Below are positions 58,941-64,000 of a DNA stretch of 64,000 nt, one piece after another; position 1 is the first letter of the stretch; every line of letters starts with the position of its first letter. Origin of the DNA: Marsupella aquatica (taxonomy: Eukaryota > Plantae > Marchantiophyta); NCBI GenBank assembly GCA_973895155.1, contig OZ316896.1, forward strand, positions 7,449,278 through 7,513,277. The letters are read 5' to 3'. Made by a program: the position numbers and the translations under genes. Below the pieces are notes generated by a model. It saw nothing but the letters and a program-made list of their open reading frames with translations. It made no database searches and had not been told where the DNA came from.

Positions 58941-59498
58941 CTACTTACATTGGTCATCACAACCACAATTATCTTGCTCACCTTCATTTAGTGGATGAAG
59001 GTGGGTTGCATGCACTTGAGTGCAAGCAGTTTGGGTGCTCTGCCTTGGCATTCGAATGTGGGCGTTGACCTGTGTTGGAATGCTTGCCCTTAGGGTCCTC
59101 CGCCTAGACTCTAAAATCTCAAAATGGCATGAATGCGCAGCCTCCTTGAGATTTTCACTTTCTTCCCGGGCTGTATGCAACATCATAGCGGCAGCTTCAT
59201 GAGCCTCACTAGTAATTCTCATTGCCTCTGATTGCCCAGCAGCCAATAACTCTCTTTGCCTTCGGTTGCCATCAATCACTAAATCTTGACATTGCTGCTT
59301 AGCACTCTCCATCATGAGATTACACTGTTGTTGTGTTTCATGAATCATTTCATTAGTGGGAACTGCCTGTTGACCACCTATGTGCTGACCATTTGCTATT
59401 TGCTCTTGTCTTTTCAACTTGGATTTGCAATTTGCCAACCTTCGCTTCTCCAACCTCTCTCTTGCTAGGGCATTGGATACCTGATTAAGAGTAGCCAT
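58941..59498 (-). CDS. Coiled-coil exon of unknown function
   Basis: 185-codon ORF rich in Q/E/A/R heptads. May be an upstream exon of the 54081-54824 gene. Confidence 0.4.
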   Translation of the reverse strand: MATLNQVSNALARERLEKRRLANCKSKLKRQEQIANGQHIGGQQAVPTNEMIHETQQQCNLMMESAKQQCQDLVIDGNRRQRELLAAGQSEAMRITSEAHEAAAMMLHTAREESENLKEAAHSCHFEILESRRRTLRASIPTQVNAHIRMPRQSTQTACTQVHATHLHPLNEGEQDNCGCDDQCK

Positions 59499-60110
59499 TT
59501 CAGCCTAATCATGGAGCATCAAATACGTCGGGGTGTTCAACTTCCTTTACCAATCAAAGGCCGCCCACCCTCATAGAATCAAATTCACCTACGTCCCAGG
59601 GATCCAATTTCAATTCATGACTTAGAACATACCTCACAAAATCATCAAATTTAATCTCTAGACTTGCTACCCTTCCTGATCAAGTCCAATGCAACTTCTC
59701 CTCTTAAAAAAGAAAAGCCCTGGGAAAAGCCTTTCAAACTGGGAACTCCCTAAATTGTGTCGATCATCAAATACTCTATCTAGCTAGTGTCCTTGCTTCT
59801 CCAGTCCAAAGCAACTTCTCCTCTTCAAAACAAAAGCAAATCAATTTAATTTAATGTACCTCAGTTCTGTTTATGATAGCTGCCAATACTAATTTGATTG
59901 ACTGCTTGACCTTCCTCTCTATGCGCTTTCTTGAAGTTCCTATTCGGATTCAAATGTACGTCGGCAGCAAAGCTTCAGACCCTAATAAATCTGCAGCTTC
60001 ATTGAACCTCTTTTTTGCACTCATTCCCCATGCTCTGAAGGCAACACAGATTTATCAGAGCATGGATCTCACATCATACCACGGATCTTGCTCTTTCAAT
60101 CAATTTAACT

Positions 60111-63100
60111 TGTGGTGCGTCCCATGGCTCCCTAAACCCAAGAAACCCCTCTGCTCAAGCCAATTCCCGCAGGTTTCGCTCTTGGCGAGGCCGATTTTGC
60201 GGCTTAGCGGCATGGGACGCTGCTAACTTCCCTCTACTACTATGGCTATCAACATTTTACTCACATATACTGGACAGATCCTTCATCGGGTCATGAGATA
60301 TGTAGCCGGCCTATTCTAGGCCTTCCTTTGTCCTCCCGGTTTCCCTTTAGGTATGTTTGGATTCCGCCGCCGTAATGATCCCCAACTGGCTTGGGTAAGC
60401 CGCTAAGACCTCTCTCAGCTCGACACATCCAACTCTTACTACCTTGCTTACTCCCTTCTTGGTTGATGTGGGCAATCTTCAAACAAGTTAATGCGACACA
60501 CAAATAGCAAAATGGCTCATTATGACTGAGTTATATCATGCTTTTGCCATACAAACAGTACTTCTCATACACAAGATCTGCGAACTAAGCCGTGAGGCCA
60601 ACTCTATTCATCTCTTAAGTATGAGGAAACATGAATATACACAAGGGTCACAGTATAACTAACCGAGAGCTTCTTTAACTACTTGATCCCAGCCTTGCTG
60701 GTGCACTAAAAACTTGCTAAGGAAGAAGGCCTTGAACTCCCCGCTGCCCAGGCTCGTGCCCAGGTACTTATCCTGGTAGTGGATCCGCCTAATTCCTTGC
60801 AGCGTAAGCCTAATCTACCTAACTATAATCTATCTATGTACAACGAGGCAGGAGCACAAGTGTTGCTCTTACCAGTGGATCCGCAATCCCACTAAGCTAA
60901 GTGTCAGGGCCGCCCCTTGGTCCTGATCCTAATTCTAAACTTGGAGATCTGAGCCCGCCCTGCCCACTCACGCCTCCTCCCTCCACGTCCGCCCTCCTTA
61001 AAAGGAGCGGCCCCCCACCACCGTCATGGCAGCGGTGTCTGGTCCTCAATGGACGCCCCCAACACTTCCTCCGCAGCCACTACCATAGGTCCGTCCTCTA
61101 ACAGATTACCTGCTCCTGACCGAGTCAACTCTCCATCGGCCTGACTAGGTCCACCCTCGGCTTCGGCCTCAGCATCGGCCACGGCCTCCCGGGCATGTTC
61201 TAGTGATGGATCCGGTACCCCGGCTTCATCCCCGAGTATCCTGGCCCCAGCTTCATCATCCTTGCCTTCTAGGGCAGTTGGATCCTCTATTGTGACCTTG
61301 CCTGAGGTTGGTGTTGGGTTTACCTCCTTGGTCACGATGGCTTGAGGAGCCGTATTACTCCCTGACCCAGAAGGTTTCCGCTTCTTCTTCTTCTTTGGTT
61401 CGGCAACTGGCCCCTTCCCCTTGCCACTTACCTCCGGCACTGGTGCAAGTGTCTTGGCTTGTCCTTCGGCGAGTACTACACCAGGTAACTTGGTTGCCCC
61501 AATTGGAGTTGGTCCTGAGGAAGCCAAGCACTTAAATACTGCGGCCTGTTTCTTTAGCCGCTCCGTTTGGTTGTCGGCTTGCCGCTGTAAGTTCTCCATC
61601 TTCCGTGTGCTTTCCTCCAACTCCTCCTGCAATTCATCCAGGTCCTTGCGCGCCTCCTCTCGCTCCTTATGGGCTTCCTCCAATTCCTTCTTTAAGGTCG
61701 CCCTCTCCTCCTGGGTTGCTCTCAGCTCCTTGTCGAGCTCCGTAATGACCTCAGACTCCATTTTATTCATCTTGGCATAAGTCTGGTCAAGCTGGTCATC
61801 TTTCTCGCGGAGGTCGGCCTTGAAGCTGGCCGTCATGGATACAAGCTCCTACCGCAGCATGATAATCGCCTGATAGGATTTCCCTAACTCGGCCTCCTTC
61901 TGCTCAAGGGCTCCGCGGATATCCTCGAGTTCCCCCTTCAGCGCCCTTTCCCTTCTCTGAGTTTCCGCCATGGCCCAATTGTTGGCTGCTATATGGGCCT
62001 CCTATGCGTCTCTCAGCTCTTGCTTCCACTTCTCCTTCTCCTTGATCGAATTGGCCAGATCACATTGGGTCCAAGTAAGTTTATCCTTGATAATCTGATT
62101 ATCAGACTGCGCGCTATCCAATTGCCCTTGCATGATGTTGAGCTCATGCCGCTTAATCCGCAACTCATCTTGGGCTTTCTTGGACGCCTTCAGGTCTTCT
62201 ACCTCGGCTTCCCTTGCCCTAAGCCGATGGATGACCTCGTCCTTCTTGCTTCTTTCCAAAGCCATCGCTTCTTCTAATCGGTGCTTCTCCAATATTTCCC
62301 TCTGGAAAAAAGGTCCCTGCTCCAACTCCTCCCCAAAGATGCCGAGCGCAAGTTCCCCACACATCTCCCCGTACTCCATGGCTCGTTCTTTAGCATAGGC
62401 AGAGTGAGCAGAAGTCATCGGCATCATCCACCGCAGCCTTTGTTCCCAGGCAGCCTTGTGAATTTCTTCTATCGTGGCTGGCGGGTTGCTTCATTTTTCT
62501 GCAAGCCGTCGGATGTCCTCTGGCCATTCTCCTCCTGGTAAATCCTTCTCCCTTGCCAGGGCTGCCTCCTCTTCCTCCCTGAGTCATTCCTAAAACTCTT
62601 GTGCCGTCTGTTTTATGCCGTCAAAACTTGGGGGAGCAACATCTGGTGGGGGAGACTCGGGGCTGCTCTGCTGGGTCGGGTCCCCTTGAACTACTCTTGG
62701 AAGAGTGGGAATGAATTTGCCACAGGTCCTTATTCCTGGAACATGATGGTCCGACCCGTAGCCGGAGTCATCATTGTCGTAGCCTTCTACCGCCTCCTCC
62801 CCGGCTTGGACTAGCGGCTCCCCCCGCTGCTATCCTGGTCCTGCCGTGAACACAACCCCACAGATCACGGGTCCTGGTTCCTCCGGCTTCCACATTGATC
62901 TCATCTTCTCCCTGTCGTGACCAGGGGCCTTGGGCTGCTTCTCCTCGGCTTCGGGACTTGAAGCTCCTACATACATTCGGACTCCCGGCTCGTGTTCCGG
63001 CCTCCTTCTCTCCTTGGCCCCGGTAAAGGGGTTTTCCCTAGTAAGTTGGCTAAGGCCAACTTCGGAAGCAGTATTCTATGATGGCCCCATTGCCATTGCC

Positions 63101-63950
63101 GTTCTCCTTTCCTTCTCCAGCAACTTCAGCAGATTTTGCATGCCTGGTTGCTGCATTGGCAAGTCCTCCTTCCTCGGCCTAAACACCTGCTCGATTGTAG
63201 GATTGTCGGGCTGGGTCAGTTTCTCTGTTGTCGGCCTTGGTTCCGGAACCTCCTCTGGTGCTCTCACCTGCAGGGGCAATACCGGGGAAAATATCTGGCT
63301 TCGGGCATACGGGCACAACAGCGGCATGTGATAACCAAGTCAGGACACGCTTCCCATGCCGATCAGCAGCTGTTCCTCCTTCAAGATCTTCTTTAGTTGG
63401 GTGAGGAGGTACCCGTTGTAGTCTCGGGTTGGGTCTGGCATCTCTGCTAGATAGACCTGTGCCTTGCCAATCTCTGCCCTCGGCAAGTTACAATGCATGG
63501 TCACCCGCAAGAAATCGATCATTTCTCGTATGTGCGGATTTCTGCAGGTGTTTTGGAAGAAGCCATTCTTTGTTGATGGCCCTGGAAACGACTGGAACTC
63601 CTTGTCTGGCAAGGTCTTCCTGGTATCTACTTTGGTCTTATTGCCCATCGGCAAGCCAAACACTTCGGCAATCACCCGAGGAGTGAGATAGAAATCCTTC
63701 CCATACACCCTTGTGGAATTGGTCTCGGGCTCCCATGATCCCACGAATTCCAATAAGTCTGAATCCGGCACCTCCGGCTTCAGCCATGGTAACTTTACGA
63801 ATGCTTCCAAGCTGGATCCGGCCATGAAGCCCTGGTATTTCCGAGTGTGCATAGCCATAAAGCATGCATCCTCCTCCCGTGCAAAGTGTAATTGCACCTC
63901 CTCAGGGAGGGTCGCCGCCCAGCCTTTCCAGGTGTCATCTCTTGTTGGAA
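60111..63950 (-). mobile_element. Element A copy 3, inverted, ORF decayed, cut off at 63950
   Basis: Begins TGTGGTGCGTCCC (reverse complement of the A terminus). ORF fragments 63340-63966, 63076-63327, 62002-62427 and 61024-61836 match the A protein. Similarity ends at 63950, where a GGGTATGA.. MITE-like sequence starts. Confidence 0.9.
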
Positions 63951-64000
63951 CGGGTATGATAGCCATGACAGAAAACAGAAAACCTGTTACCAGGATTTTT

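Noticed and set aside
55562-58943. Second CACTA element around the 800-aa ORF
   Set aside because: CACTA pentamers near 55563 and 58939 do not form inverted termini, and no 3-bp TSD was found.

Overview
Eukaryotic, intron-containing, transposon-saturated DNA. The protein families suggest a non-seed land plant such as a liverwort or other bryophyte (inference). No housekeeping gene, RNA gene or CRISPR array is visible. The window resolves into nested elements whose ends I could read at base level. (i) Four copies of a ~4.7-kb TG...CA element ('A') look like giant solo LTRs yet carry a ~1,200-codon ORF; the two complete copies have 5-bp TSDs. (ii) There are two ~2.3-kb solo LTRs ('B'). (iii) A 13.1-kb Sola-like DNA transposon (26-bp TIRs, 4-bp TSD) carries a ParB-like + N4/N6-DNA-methyltransferase-like gene and an FCP1/NIF-type phosphatase gene. 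(iv) A decayed MULE-type transposase lies head-to-head with a second, diverged ParB-like + methyltransferase-like gene. (v) A 10.3-kb CACTA element (14-bp TIRs, AAC TSD) has a SET-domain exon that can splice in frame to the transposase's first coding exon. RING, RPA1-C-like and Sola2-like gene fragments are also present. The most interesting theme is DNA transposons of different superfamilies carrying putative chromatin or transcription effectors (SET, ParB-MTase-like, CTD-phosphatase-like). All domain calls come from recognising motifs by eye, not from searches.
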